DNA of 64,000 nucleotides, from the NCBI GenBank assembly GCA_903845155.1, contig CAIMWN010000239.1:6498-70497 (forward strand), read 5' to 3'. Made by a program: the position numbers and the translations under genes. Source of the stretch: Oligoflexia bacterium (GTDB lineage Bacteria > Bdellovibrionota > UBA1018 > CAIMNF01). The notes beneath the pieces were generated by a model, which made no database searches, was not told the DNA's origin, and saw only the letters and a list, made by a program, of their open reading frames with translations. Shown piece after piece: positions 31,149 to 41,634 of this stretch; positions within the stretch are counted from its first letter, which is position 1, and each line of letters opens with the position of its first letter.

Positions 31149-33049
31149 AATATTTGTCTGCTAACTGGCGCATTCGCCTTCTTATATTTACTCTTAATGA
31201 AAATCATCAGTGTGGCTACCGCAGCTGGTGTCACCCCTTGAACCCGAGATGCTTGTCCCAAGTTTTCCGGCCTTACTTCTTTGAGCTTTCCTCTAATCTC
31301 GTTCGAGATACCGGGGATGGCTGCGTAGTCCAATTCACCGGGAATAATCAGGTGCTCAGCATTCCGAACCCCCTGAAGCAGGTCCATGTCCCTTTGAATA
31401 TAACCCTCATACTTAATCTGAATATCAATTTGCTCGAATACATCAGCATCCTCCAACAGGGTAGTGTAACCAAGTGACTTGAGCGTAACGAAATTCACTT
31501 CTGGCCGACGTAACAAAGCTGCCGCCGAAACTCTATCTTTAAGGGCAGAGATTCCTACCGATTCAAAACTTCTATTGGTCTCTTCAGTGGGATAAAAAAA
31601 AGTAGTGCTCATCTCACTTCTCAATTTCTCAATTGCTTCTTGTTTCCAGAAAAAGCGGGCCTTTGAAAACTCATCCAATAGCCCAATATCAATTGCCTTA
31701 GGAGAAAGCCTTAAATCAGCATTGTCTTCTCTTTGTAGCAAACGATATTCAGCTCTTGAAGTGAACATACGATAAGGCTCATCAGACCCCTTTAAGATCA
31801 AATCATCAATCATTACACCTATATAGCCATCAAGCCTGGTCAACGAGAACTCGGGCTTCTCGAGTGCTTTATGCGCCGCATTAATGCCGGCAACAATTCC
31901 CTGCCCCGCCGCCTCCTCGTATCCTGAGGTTCCATTTACCTGACCTGCGAAGAACAATCCTGGTACATCTTTACACTCAAGTGTTCTCTTGAGTTGTCTT
32001 GCGTCCACGGAATCGTATTCAACCGCATAGGCGTAACGAATAAATTTCGCCTTTTCTAGTCCGGGAATAGTGTGAACAAACTCTTCTTGGATCTCTTTTG
32101 GTAAAGATGTTGAAATTCCGTTCACATAAATTTCATCTACATCAAGACCTTCGGGCTCTAAAAAAAGTTGGTGCTGGGTCTTGTCCTTAAAACGAGTAAT
32201 TTTATCTTCTATCGAAGGACAGTAACGTGGACCAATCCCAGTGATTGCTCCGCTATACATTGCTGAAAGACCAATATTCTTTTCAATAACCGCATGAGTC
32301 TTCTCATTGGTGTACGTTAAAAAACAATTCACCTGAGGCAAAAACGGGTACGGACTTGGACGATGATAAAATGAAAAAGGAATGAGCAAATCATCACCCG
32401 GCTGAGGAATGGTAACTGACCAATCGATAGAGTCTTTATGCAAGCGCGGTGGAGTACCGGTTTTGAGCCGACGCAACTTCAATCCCAACAACAACAAATC
32501 ATCACTCAGTGTTTTCGAAGATTTATCTCCTAGCCTTCCACCCTCCTCCTGCTCAAAGCCTCGGTGCATGATCGCTTTCAAAAAAGTACCGGACGTAATG
32601 ACAACAGACGTTGCGGTAATTTGCCCGCCAGGTATTTTCACACCCACTACTCGACTTCCATCAATCATCAGTCCTAAAACTTCCCCTTCAATAATGGTGA
32701 GATTGGGTACTTTTGAGAGCAAAATTTGCATGTTTTTAGCATATTTCAGCTTATCACATTGCGCGCGCGAGGACCGGACTGCGGGCCCCTTGCTTGAATT
32801 AAGTCGTCTAAACTGAATAGTAGATTGATCAGTAATCTGACCCATTATCCCACCCAGTGCATCGACCTCTTTTACCAACTGTCCTTTTGCAAGACCACCA
32901 ATGGCGGGATTGCAAGACATGCTCCCAATTTTAGAGACATCAAGAGTGATCATCGCGGTCCGAGCGCCAAGACGAGCCGACGCGTGGGCTGCCTCACATC
33001 CGGCATGCCCTCCGCCAATTACCAGTACATCATAATTTATCGTAGTCAT
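31145..33049 (-). CDS. mnmG: tRNA uridine 5-carboxymethylaminomethyl modification enzyme MnmG (GidA)
   Basis: FAD motif DVLVIGGGHAGCEAA. 634 aa. Confidence 0.95.
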   Translation of the reverse strand: MTTINYDVLVIGGGHAGCEAAHASARLGARTAMITLDVSKIGSMSCNPAIGGLAKGQLVKEVDALGGIMGQITDQSTIQFRRLNSSKGPAVRSSRAQCDKLKYAKNMQILLSKVPNLTIIEGEVLGLMIDGSRVVGVKIPGGQITATSVVITSGTFLKAIMHRGFEQEEGGRLGDKSSKTLSDDLLLLGLKLRRLKTGTPPRLHKDSIDWSVTIPQPGDDLLIPFSFYHRPSPYPFLPQVNCFLTYTNEKTHAVIEKNIGLSAMYSGAITGIGPRYCPSIEDKITRFKDKTQHQLFLEPEGLDVDEIYVNGISTSLPKEIQEEFVHTIPGLEKAKFIRYAYAVEYDSVDARQLKRTLECKDVPGLFFAGQVNGTSGYEEAAGQGIVAGINAAHKALEKPEFSLTRLDGYIGVMIDDLILKGSDEPYRMFTSRAEYRLLQREDNADLRLSPKAIDIGLLDEFSKARFFWKQEAIEKLRSEMSTTFFYPTEETNRSFESVGISALKDRVSAAALLRRPEVNFVTLKSLGYTTLLEDADVFEQIDIQIKYEGYIQRDMDLLQGVRNAEHLIIPGELDYAAIPGISNEIRGKLKEVRPENLGQASRVQGVTPAAVATLMIFIKSKYKKANAPVSRQIL

Positions 33050-33070
33050 AATACCTATACTTCGAAGAGA

Positions 33071-33505
33071 TCAGCGTTTCGGTGCGTTTTTGTCGATCGC
33101 AGTAATAATTTCCTCTAAAGAGGTGCCTGGGGTGAATACTAAATGCGCTCCAGCTGCTTTTAAGGAAACAAAATCTTCATCAGGAATAATCCCGCCCACT
33201 AAAAATAAAGCGTCAGTCAGCCCTGCTCCCTTTATTCCATTAATCACTTCCGGAACCAATGCGTTATGGGCTCCCGAAAGTATGCTCAAGCCAACCACAT
33301 GAACGTCTTCCTGAATTGCAGCCTGTACGATCATCTCTGGCGTTTGATGAAGGCCAGTATAAATAACTTCAAAACCCGCATCACGGAGCGCGCGCGCGAT
33401 CACTTTCGCTCCACGATCGTGGCCATCCAACCCCGGCTTTGCAATGAGTACACGAATTTTGTTTCTAGATGGAAGTGGCGTAATAGCTGTGCTCATAAAA
33501 TTCAC
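33071..33505 (-). CDS. methylmalonyl-CoA / isobutyryl-CoA mutase small subunit (cobalamin-binding domain)
   Basis: B12-binding DxHxxG motif in [18 protein letters not shown]. 144 aa. Confidence 0.8.
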   Translation of the reverse strand: MNFMSTAITPLPSRNKIRVLIAKPGLDGHDRGAKVIARALRDAGFEVIYTGLHQTPEMIVQAAIQEDVHVVGLSILSGAHNALVPEVINGIKGAGLTDALFLVGGIIPDEDFVSLKAAGAHLVFTPGTSLEEIITAIDKNAPKR

Positions 33506-33651
33506 CTTCTATATAATTTCAATCGAATATTATACTGATTTAATAATATAAGCGACTGAAATCTTTAAGGAAATCAACATTAAACAAAATTCGTTGACCA
33601 TAACAAAACCATTAAAAAAACTATAACCCATTGATATTAAATAAAAAAACC

Positions 33652-33927
33652 ATGAGCAGAGAGCCACAATTTCTCCACCCATGGTTAACCGATCTAAAAG
33701 ATCGGCTTAGAACAACCCCTAAGACTAAGCCCAGGAGAGGCCTTAAGATTTTCTGTCCGATTTTTGATTACGAAGAATATGCAATAAAACTTGTACGAGC
33801 GGCAGAACGAAAAAACAGAGCCACCACGGCTAACATTACTTCACCTCACTTTCTTCACTTTCACCTGTGGCTTGCAAAAGCTAACTGCTGTGGCGGCAGA
33901 ATTATGGTTAATTTAAAAAAATCATGA
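33652..33927 (+). CDS. hypothetical small basic protein (could instead be a non-coding transcript)
   Basis: The 98-aa ORF 33631-33927 has a first plausible start at MSREPQ (33652). No domain and no obvious RBS. A strong terminator lies 14 bp downstream. Confidence 0.25.
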   Translation: MSREPQFLHPWLTDLKDRLRTTPKTKPRRGLKIFCPIFDYEEYAIKLVRAAERKNRATTANITSPHFLHFHLWLAKANCCGGRIMVNLKKS

Positions 33928-33940
33928 TCATGAATAAGGG

Positions 33941-34011
33941 AAATATCTGCACAGGCTGTACTGGGGGGAAATTCACAAGTGGGAATTGGAATTCCTGTGC
34001 AGATATTTTTT
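33941..34011 (+). terminator. strong rho-independent terminator (15-bp stem)
   Basis: aaatatctgcacagg ... cctgtgcagatattt is a perfect inverted repeat with a 38-nt loop that contains a ggaatt/aattcc sub-hairpin. It is followed by ttttttaaaaaa. Confidence 0.55.
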
Positions 34012-34407
34012 AAAAAAGTTACTTGAACACTCATGTCAAAATATGAATAAGCAATAAAAGTGCCAACACATTAATTTAATTATGTTTTGTAATAACGAAG
34101 ACTTTGTGTGACGCGTAATAAAGTGTTTTTTTTTTAGAGCCTTACTTGAGCTATTTTGCACCAGTAGCAAAATGGAAGCCCAAGCCGCATCACAAAGAAG
34201 TAGATCAACAGATGATGAGCGACTCGAGCTTCCTCTAGGTGAGATCCTGCGAAGGAACTACACCAAACCAAATTTTTAAATTTCCCGAACTGGGCAATCA
34301 AAAATATCAAAGAAGAAATTTTTTGTAAATAAATTTTAAATAATAATTAATGCGAATAAATTTAAGTTATTTCAACTCAAATTTTCAAAACTATTGTAAA
34401 TGAACAT

Positions 34408-36102
34408 TTAAAATTTACCATCCTCGCGATATTCGCCATAGACCGAACGAAGTGCATCACAGGCTTCTTGAAGCGTGACGTATGCCTTTACTGCCTCGAT
34501 CATTGACGGCATTACATTTTTGCCACTTTTCGCATCACTTTTAATTAAATTAAGTGTTCGCGAAACTTCAGCGGAATTTCGTCTCGCCTTCAGAGCCTTC
34601 AGCTTATCCACTTGGCGTTTCTCCACTGCCCGATCTAAATAAAGTGTATCAATTTGTCTCTTTTTCTCGACCATTTGATACTTATTTACTCCGACCATTA
34701 CCTTTTCTTTCGTCTCTAGTTGCCGTTGAAAATGATACGCACTATTTGCAATCTCCGCCTGGGGGTAACCATTTTCAACTGCTTTAATCATCCCGCCCAT
34801 TTCATCAATCTTACGAATATACTCAAGCGCCTCTGCTTCAATTTTGCTCGTCAATGATTCAACCAGATAAGATCCGCCGAGTGGGTCGGCATAATTTGCT
34901 ACCCCACTCTCTTCTGCGATCACTTGTTGCGTGCGCAACGCGACCACTACTGCATCATCAGTTGGAAGAGCCAAGGTTTCATCCATTGAATTAGTGTGTA
35001 AGGAATTTACCCCTCCCAAAACGCCAGCCATTGCCTGAATCGCAACTCGAACCACATTATTCATCGGTTGCTGCGCAGTTAAAGATACCCCTGCCGTTTG
35101 TGCATGGGTGCGAAGCATCCAGGATTTTGGGTTCTTTGCGTGATAACGCTCTTTCATCATCTTAGCCCAAATTCGTCTAGCAGCCCTGAACTTAGCTATT
35201 TCTTCGAAGAAATCATTATGAACATCAAAAAAGAACGAAAGCCTTGGGGCAAAATCATCAACATCCATTCCGCGTTTGATCGATTCTTCAACATAAGCCA
35301 TTCCATCCGCAAGTGTAAAAGCAAGCTCTTGAATTGCAGTCGCCCCCGCTTCACGAATATGGTACCCAGAAATCGAAACGGTATTCCAATTTAAGTAATT
35401 TTTAGTCCCATATTCAATTGTATCGATGACCAGCTTTACTGCGGGCTCAATCGGAAATAACCACTCCTTTTGAGCTATATATTCTTTTAAAATATCATTC
35501 TGAAGTGTTCCTCTCACTTTTTCGCGTGGAACCCCCTGTTTATCAGCCATCGCATAATACATGGCTAAAATAACAATTGCTGGGCCATTGATGGTCATCG
35601 ATACTGTGACATCGCCAAGTGGAATCCCTTTAAATAAGTCTTCAATATCTTCGAGCGAAGAAATTGAAACTCCGCACTTCCCCACCTCACCCAGTGATTT
35701 AGGAGAATCGCAATCATAGCCCATGAGCGTTGGCATATCGAATGCGGTAGATAGGCCAGTCTGCCCTTGTTCCAATAGTAGTTTAAATCGCTTATTCGTC
35801 TCTTCTGGAGAAGAAAATCCAGCGAACTGCCGCATTGTCCATAGTTTTCCCCGATACATATTATGTTGAACGCCACGGGTGAAGGGATATTCACCCGGAA
35901 AACCGAGATCACGTTCATAATTAAAATCTATTTTCTCTAAATCATCCGGCGTTGAAAGAAGAGGAACTTCCATGTCACTGAGAGTGGTCGGACGGACCGC
36001 GCGCGGTGGCGATTTCTTCTCAATCTGTTCGCGGCGTTTTTCCCACTCCACTCGGGCTCCAGCAATTTTCTTGTTCACATTATTCTCTGTTTGATTCGAC
36101 AT
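34408..36102 (-). CDS. methylmalonyl-CoA / isobutyryl-CoA mutase large (catalytic) subunit, lacking the B12 domain
   Basis: MCM TIM-barrel motifs (...[19 protein letters not shown]..., ...RARRIWA...). Start chosen at MSNQTE (36102); the ORF track start is 36129. Confidence 0.82.
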   Translation of the reverse strand: MSNQTENNVNKKIAGARVEWEKRREQIEKKSPPRAVRPTTLSDMEVPLLSTPDDLEKIDFNYERDLGFPGEYPFTRGVQHNMYRGKLWTMRQFAGFSSPEETNKRFKLLLEQGQTGLSTAFDMPTLMGYDCDSPKSLGEVGKCGVSISSLEDIEDLFKGIPLGDVTVSMTINGPAIVILAMYYAMADKQGVPREKVRGTLQNDILKEYIAQKEWLFPIEPAVKLVIDTIEYGTKNYLNWNTVSISGYHIREAGATAIQELAFTLADGMAYVEESIKRGMDVDDFAPRLSFFFDVHNDFFEEIAKFRAARRIWAKMMKERYHAKNPKSWMLRTHAQTAGVSLTAQQPMNNVVRVAIQAMAGVLGGVNSLHTNSMDETLALPTDDAVVVALRTQQVIAEESGVANYADPLGGSYLVESLTSKIEAEALEYIRKIDEMGGMIKAVENGYPQAEIANSAYHFQRQLETKEKVMVGVNKYQMVEKKRQIDTLYLDRAVEKRQVDKLKALKARRNSAEVSRTLNLIKSDAKSGKNVMPSMIEAVKAYVTLQEACDALRSVYGEYREDGKF

Positions 36103-36247
36103 AAATTTCCTCTCCATAAAAGTATACAAACGTTAAGAATCAAGCAAGTTTACGATGAAAATGAATTCTTGACGCAATCAGTTGTTTTGAGCTTGCGTTT
36201 CTCTGCCTCCTTGGCTAAAAGCTTTTGATCAATTTAGGAAAGTCCTC

Positions 36248-36643
36248 ATGAAGAAACATATCTTAGTGGCTGGAATATTCATCCTGTCCCTTGCAGGGTG
36301 CAAGGACCAACCCGGCGTCAATGGCGACGGAACTTGTAACGCAACGTTTGTCGAGTCATACAATTCGATCTCTTCCGAAATTCAAAGTCTTTCAAACCAA
36401 CCGAATGGGGATATTGATGCGGTCTCTGCCAATTTCAAAGTCATTGAGAGCCATTGTGATGAATTCAATGCCAACTATTCCTCTGTGAGTTGCATAGCCA
36501 AAGACGTGAAGTCAGGAAATCAAGTGACGGTTAGTTCTGAAGATATCTCACCTCTGTGTGACAAGATTAAAAGTTTACTTTCCACTGCTGCCGGCACCCA
36601 GGCAGCTCTGGTCACTGTGCTCTCTAATGATCAAGCTTTATAA
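36248..36643 (+). CDS. hypothetical small Cys-containing lipoprotein
   Basis: Lipobox LSLAGC-KDQ. 131 aa with 6 Cys. Confidence 0.45.
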   Translation: MKKHILVAGIFILSLAGCKDQPGVNGDGTCNATFVESYNSISSEIQSLSNQPNGDIDAVSANFKVIESHCDEFNANYSSVSCIAKDVKSGNQVTVSSEDISPLCDKIKSLLSTAAGTQAALVTVLSNDQAL

Positions 36644-36694
36644 ACCGAGCATTCCACAAAAAAACAGTTCCATTCGGAAGACTTTTCTTTGTCA

Positions 36695-37855
36695 TTACTT
36701 TTTAGTAAGTTCACTCGCTGCAATCACAATTTTTTGGATTTCACTCGTTCCTTCGTAAATCTCGGTAATTTTTGCATCCCTAAAATTCCGTTCAACGACA
36801 TACTCTTTCGTATATCCATAACCACCATGAACTTGAATCGCTTTAGTAGCAATCCACATTGAAGCTTCGGCCGCAGCAAGTTTAGCCATCGCAGCTTCCC
36901 TTACATAGGGAAGTCCTTGATCTTTTCGTTGAGCTGCAAACCACGTCAACAACCGCGAAGCTTGAAGTCGGGTAGTCATTTCGGCAATATAAAATTGAAT
37001 CGCCTGAAGTTTTGCAATTGGAGCACCAAACTGCTCTCGCTCCATCGCGAACTTCTTTGATGCTTCCGTTGCACACATAGCAATTCCAAGAGCCTGAGAA
37101 GCAATACCAATTCGGCCGCCATCTAGAGTATTCATCGCGATTTTAAATCCATCGCCTTCTTTACCTAAAATACATTCATCAGGAACGATCACGTCATCGA
37201 AAAAAAGAGACGCAGTAGAGGAAGCGGTGATCCCCAGTTTGTCCTCAAGTTTATTAACGCTGAAGCCCTTTAGTTTCGTATCAACAATAAAAGCTGAAAT
37301 GCCTTTGTGTCTGAGATCAGGATTTACTGAAGCAAATAAAATACAATAATCTGCTTCGCGTCCATTCGTAATCCAATTTTTCGAACCGTTAATCTTGTAA
37401 CCACCCGGAACTTTCTCAAATCTGCACTTGAGGCCGGCTGGATCGGATCCGTGACCCGGTTCAGAAAGCGCAAAACAGCCCAATTTCTGGCCGCTGGCGA
37501 GAGGCCTTAAATATTTTTCCTTTTGCAGATCATTTCCATAAGCATTAATAGGCGCGCAAACAAGTGAGTTATTCACGGACATAATCACACCCGTAGATGC
37601 ACAAGCAGCAGAAATCGCCTCCATTGCCATCGCATAGGTAACGGTATCAAGTCCGGCCCCGCCCCACTTCTCATCAACCATCATTCCCATTAATCCCATT
37701 TCACCCATCTGTTTGATGTTCGCTGTGGGAAACTCACCTGTTTGATCGTGATGAGACGCAACTGGCGCTACCACTTCTTGAGCAAATTGGTGAATTTGAT
37801 CCATGAGCATAATTTGAGATTCGTTGAGATTCGGCCAAGATTTTGAGTAGTCCAT
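36695..37855 (-). CDS. acyl-CoA dehydrogenase
   Basis: 386 aa. ACAD motifs, including the C-terminal ...QVHGGYGYTKEYVVERNFRDAKITEIYEGTSEIQ. Confidence 0.88.
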   Translation of the reverse strand: MDYSKSWPNLNESQIMLMDQIHQFAQEVVAPVASHHDQTGEFPTANIKQMGEMGLMGMMVDEKWGGAGLDTVTYAMAMEAISAACASTGVIMSVNNSLVCAPINAYGNDLQKEKYLRPLASGQKLGCFALSEPGHGSDPAGLKCRFEKVPGGYKINGSKNWITNGREADYCILFASVNPDLRHKGISAFIVDTKLKGFSVNKLEDKLGITASSTASLFFDDVIVPDECILGKEGDGFKIAMNTLDGGRIGIASQALGIAMCATEASKKFAMEREQFGAPIAKLQAIQFYIAEMTTRLQASRLLTWFAAQRKDQGLPYVREAAMAKLAAAEASMWIATKAIQVHGGYGYTKEYVVERNFRDAKITEIYEGTSEIQKIVIAASELTKK

Positions 37856-37893
37856 AATTTTCCTTACTTCGCTTATTTAATCACAGGAGCGGA

Positions 37894-39306
37894 TTATCGG
37901 CAAAGGTCTAATTCCTTAGAGGCGTGGGCCTGAAACCCCTCCACAAAGAGACAAGGTACTGGCGACCACGACGAAGAAACTACTTCGCCCTTCCTTGAAA
38001 TCAACACGGTGTAGGGAGTTGATTCTCTTGTTAAAGAAAAATTTCCTATTGCCTGCCAATCCGTTTTGCCCATTACCGTCGCCAAGACGAGCCATAGATC
38101 ACCCGATGCTTCCGTAAATGCCAACTGATGAATACTTGTTCTCTTTTCTAAAGATAGCTTATTCACTTCATTCACCCAAAGGACAGGAGCTGTAAATTTA
38201 GGCTCATGCATCGTAGGAGCTATGGTCGCTACAAAAAGACTGGCTACCAACAAAAGTCCGTAACCCCAAGATAAACCCTTCTCATTCAATTCAGGAAGAA
38301 AAGCTGCGAGCTGAACCCCCACTAAAACTGCGGCAAAAGGATAAAATGGAGTGAGGTAGTGTTCGAGATATACAGACCCAAAACTAAAACCGATCGGAAA
38401 CGATAAGGCACCAACTAATATGATAAATAATAGTGGCTTCTTAGCACGTAATTGTCGAACTGCGGCCACCACTGAAAGGACAAATAAAGGCCACCACGGC
38501 CACCATAGTTTATAAATATTTCTCCAGGGATGAATGGAGTGTTCAAGCGACAGTCCCGAATTTACTCGAGAAGCAACGCTTCCCGAAAAGTAGTTTTGAA
38601 GATAATCCCAACCATGCGCAAACTGAATCCAAAGACATAAGGGCGTCGCAATACCAATTCCATACAAAAGTAAATAACGTAGATTAGTTGCTGATAAGTA
38701 AAAGATGAGGCTGGCTACACTCACTCCCAGAATTGAAAACGCAATTACTCCCTTGGTCATAAATGCGCAAGAAATTAAAAACCCAGACAGGAGAGCGACC
38801 AGCGGTTTTCTACTTTCCTTTATTGCATTGCCCTCTAGAACACTCAACCAAAGCGCAAAGCTAGTAAAACAAAAAAAAACCAAAATTCCATCAAGATAAA
38901 AATTACTCCCCCACTTCACAAATCGCGTTGAAGACAAAAGTACGAAGCTTGCGTAAAAGGCTTGAGTTAAACCGAAACGAGCGCGAGTAAAAAGAAAAAC
39001 TGCAACCACGGTCAGTACACCGAGGGTGGCGGGCAAAACTCTTGCGATGGCTTCACTAAAACCAAAACATTTAAAAACAAGGGCCTGCAACCAAATCGCG
39101 AGCGGAGGATGTTGATAAAAATTAATATACTGTTCGGGCGAATAGTGAAGTGTAAACCAATCACCCGTTCTTAAAATATTTTTGGCGAGGGCTGTATAAG
39201 TTAAGCCATCCACTAAAAGTAAAAAACTTCTCGTTTGGGCAAATAAAATCAGGATAGAAAAGGAGAGAATTAATAAAAATGCTTTCTTTTCCGTTTTCAA
39301 ATTCAT
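37894..39306 (-). CDS. polytopic membrane glycosyltransferase, GT-C fold (family 39/83, ArnT/PMT-like)
   Basis: 470 aa with about 11 TMs. The N-terminal ...YSPEQYINFYQHPPLAIWLQAL... is typical of ArnT/PMT-like GT-C enzymes. 4-bp overlap with hbd. Confidence 0.55.
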   Translation of the reverse strand: MNLKTEKKAFLLILSFSILILFAQTRSFLLLVDGLTYTALAKNILRTGDWFTLHYSPEQYINFYQHPPLAIWLQALVFKCFGFSEAIARVLPATLGVLTVVAVFLFTRARFGLTQAFYASFVLLSSTRFVKWGSNFYLDGILVFFCFTSFALWLSVLEGNAIKESRKPLVALLSGFLISCAFMTKGVIAFSILGVSVASLIFYLSATNLRYLLLYGIGIATPLCLWIQFAHGWDYLQNYFSGSVASRVNSGLSLEHSIHPWRNIYKLWWPWWPLFVLSVVAAVRQLRAKKPLLFIILVGALSFPIGFSFGSVYLEHYLTPFYPFAAVLVGVQLAAFLPELNEKGLSWGYGLLLVASLFVATIAPTMHEPKFTAPVLWVNEVNKLSLEKRTSIHQLAFTEASGDLWLVLATVMGKTDWQAIGNFSLTRESTPYTVLISRKGEVVSSSWSPVPCLFVEGFQAHASKELDLCR

Positions 39307-40163
39307 TTTACTTGCTCGTATTGATAAAATCCCCTACCCGATTTTTTTCCTAACCAACCAGCAGTTACATATTGTTTTAGCAGAGGACAGGGACGGTATT
39401 TAGAGTCTGAAAATCCATCGTAGAGCACTTCCATGATGGCGAGACAAGTATCCAGACCAATAAAGTCGGCGAGAGTAAGCGGCCCCATGGGCTGATTTGT
39501 CCCTAGTTTCATCGAAGTATCAATATCTTCAACCGATGCAATTCCTTCGTATAAAACAAAAACGGCTTCATTAATCATTGGCATGAGAATTCGATTTACC
39601 GCAAAACCAGGCATATCCTTTACTTCAACGAAAGTTTTACCCATTTTTTCAGCCACTTGGCGAATAGCTAAAAATGTTTCCTTCGACGTTTGAATTCCGC
39701 TGATTCCTTCAACCAGTTTCATCACCGGAACTGGATTCATAAAATGCATCCCAGCAAATTGGCTGGGGCGTTTGGTGGCGGCAGCAAGCTCAGTAATGCT
39801 GATGGACGACGTGTTCGTTGCAAATAAACAATCCGTCTTTACACTTACATCCAATTCCTGCCAAATCTTCTTTTTTAAATTGATATTTTCCGATGCCGCT
39901 TCAATGATCAGGCCACAGTTCTTTAAGTCTGAAAGTGATGCCACCGGTTTTAGTAATGAAAGAACATGATTCGCTTGCTCATTCGTCACTTTTTGCTTTT
40001 CGATTAATTTGTCGAATTGAGCTTTAATCTTTTGAATCCCCTTACTCGCGGACTCAATGCTTTGATCAGCAATCAGTACTTCAAAACCACTTTGTGCCGC
40101 TGTTTGAGCAATTCCTTGCCCCATTTGTCCTGCGCCCACTACACCTATTACTTTAATTTCCAT
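39303..40163 (-). CDS. hbd: 3-hydroxybutyryl-CoA / 3-hydroxyacyl-CoA dehydrogenase
   Basis: NAD motif VIGVVGAGQMGQGIAQ. 286 aa. Confidence 0.88.
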   Translation of the reverse strand: MEIKVIGVVGAGQMGQGIAQTAAQSGFEVLIADQSIESASKGIQKIKAQFDKLIEKQKVTNEQANHVLSLLKPVASLSDLKNCGLIIEAASENINLKKKIWQELDVSVKTDCLFATNTSSISITELAAATKRPSQFAGMHFMNPVPVMKLVEGISGIQTSKETFLAIRQVAEKMGKTFVEVKDMPGFAVNRILMPMINEAVFVLYEGIASVEDIDTSMKLGTNQPMGPLTLADFIGLDTCLAIMEVLYDGFSDSKYRPCPLLKQYVTAGWLGKKSGRGFYQYEQVK

Positions 40164-40170
40164 CTTATCC

Positions 40171-41634
40171 TCATTTACCTATACAAAAGTCTGAAAAAAT
40201 TTTACCGAGCACATCATCTGGCAACGTTTCGCCAATCAAAGGACCAAGCTCATTCATGCCGTGTCTCACATCTGTCGCAAATAATACTAAATCAGAAGCC
40301 TCATTCATTGCTCTCTTCAAACATTCTAATGATTTCTTTACTGCCTGTACATGCTCAAATTGAGTGAGAAGCACCTCTCCTGGACTTCGTTCTAAAAACC
40401 CTTCAGCGAGCGCAGTCATTCTTTGGGCCACTTCGGTGATCCCCTCTAAATTCACTGATGAAACTGAATACCACTGATCTATTTTCAGAACTGTATTTAA
40501 ACTCGAGATTGCATTATTCAATTCCTCAGTTTCAGTTTCGAAAAGAAGATCCTTTTTGGTAGTCACTCCAATAAACCTTTTGCGGCCCAATTCGGTTTCG
40601 GTGGCAAGTTTTTCTAAAAATCTCGTCGCTTCTGCGACATTGGGGTCCACACCATCAATGATAACTAAAATTAAGTCTGCGTCTTTCGCAGCTTTTAAGG
40701 AACGTTCAATACCAATTTCCTCAATCTCATCGCCGCTTTTACGAAGTCCTGCTGTATCTGACAATTTAAAGGAAACATACCCGTGCTCCCCCCGAAGATT
40801 CAATTTCTCTCTCACTACATCTCTCGTGGTGCCCGGAATATTTGAAACAATTGAACGATCCTCTCCCAGTAAAGAGTTAAAAAAGGAAGATTTTCCAGCA
40901 TTCGGAAGGCCAAAAATGGAAACGGGAATGCCGTCTAAAAACCGTTTTCCTCGATCAAAACTTCCCATCAAATGATTCAACAATTTAATAATTTCAATGA
41001 GTCTCATTTTTAACCTTGGAAGACTGACTTCGTCGATGTCTTGGTCTGAGAAATCGATACCCACCTCAGAAAGGGTCACTAGCTGCATCAGATCCGTTCG
41101 AATCTGGTCGATGAGTACATGTTGAGAGCCGGATAGTTTCTCAATCGCTAGATCTAAGGCGAAATCGTTTTCCGCAGCAATCAACTCTTTTACAGCTTCT
41201 GCCTGCGATAACATCATTTTTCCGTTTTTAACCGCCCTAAATGAAAACTCACCAGGAAGGGCCAAACGTGCTTCATTTGAAAACATCAAATCGAGTACTT
41301 TTTGCGCGATAATCGAACTTCCATGAAGGAAAAACTCAACCACGTCTTCACCAGTAAAGGATCTGGGATTAAAAAATGGAATCAGGATGGCATCGTCAAT
41401 GCGTTTTCCTTGGTCGTCATGAATCCACACCCGTGTAGCTCTCCGATCCAAATCCTTAATTAGAACAATCCCAGTAATCTTTTCAGTAATCTTAAATGCA
41501 CTCTCCCCCGAGAGTCTTAAAATACAAATCGCCCCACCCGTTGGAGAACAGAGTGCGGCGATTGTTTTATCTGATAAATATCCAGCAGGATCTAAGTGTT
41601 TTTTCTTAGAAGCTGGTTGCAATTCCTGAGACAT
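40171..41634 (-). CDS. mnmE: tRNA modification GTPase MnmE (TrmE)
   Basis: G-domain motifs GLPNAGKSS, DTAG, TKKD. C-terminal ...CIGK. 487 aa. Confidence 0.9.
   Translation of the reverse strand: MSQELQPASKKKHLDPAGYLSDKTIAALCSPTGGAICILRLSGESAFKITEKITGIVLIKDLDRRATRVWIHDDQGKRIDDAILIPFFNPRSFTGEDVVEFFLHGSSIIAQKVLDLMFSNEARLALPGEFSFRAVKNGKMMLSQAEAVKELIAAENDFALDLAIEKLSGSQHVLIDQIRTDLMQLVTLSEVGIDFSDQDIDEVSLPRLKMRLIEIIKLLNHLMGSFDRGKRFLDGIPVSIFGLPNAGKSSFFNSLLGEDRSIVSNIPGTTRDVVREKLNLRGEHGYVSFKLSDTAGLRKSGDEIEEIGIERSLKAAKDADLILVIIDGVDPNVAEATRFLEKLATETELGRKRFIGVTTKKDLLFETETEELNNAISSLNTVLKIDQWYSVSSVNLEGITEVAQRMTALAEGFLERSPGEVLLTQFEHVQAVKKSLECLKRAMNEASDLVLFATDVRHGMNELGPLIGETLPDDVLGKIFSDFCIGK

Noticed and set aside
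33506-34407. Cobalamin riboswitch or tRNA in the gap between the mutase subunit genes
   Set aside because: No B12-box, no tRNA T-loop or anticodon-arm signatures, and the orientation is opposite to the mutase genes. Kept only as an orphan transcription unit.
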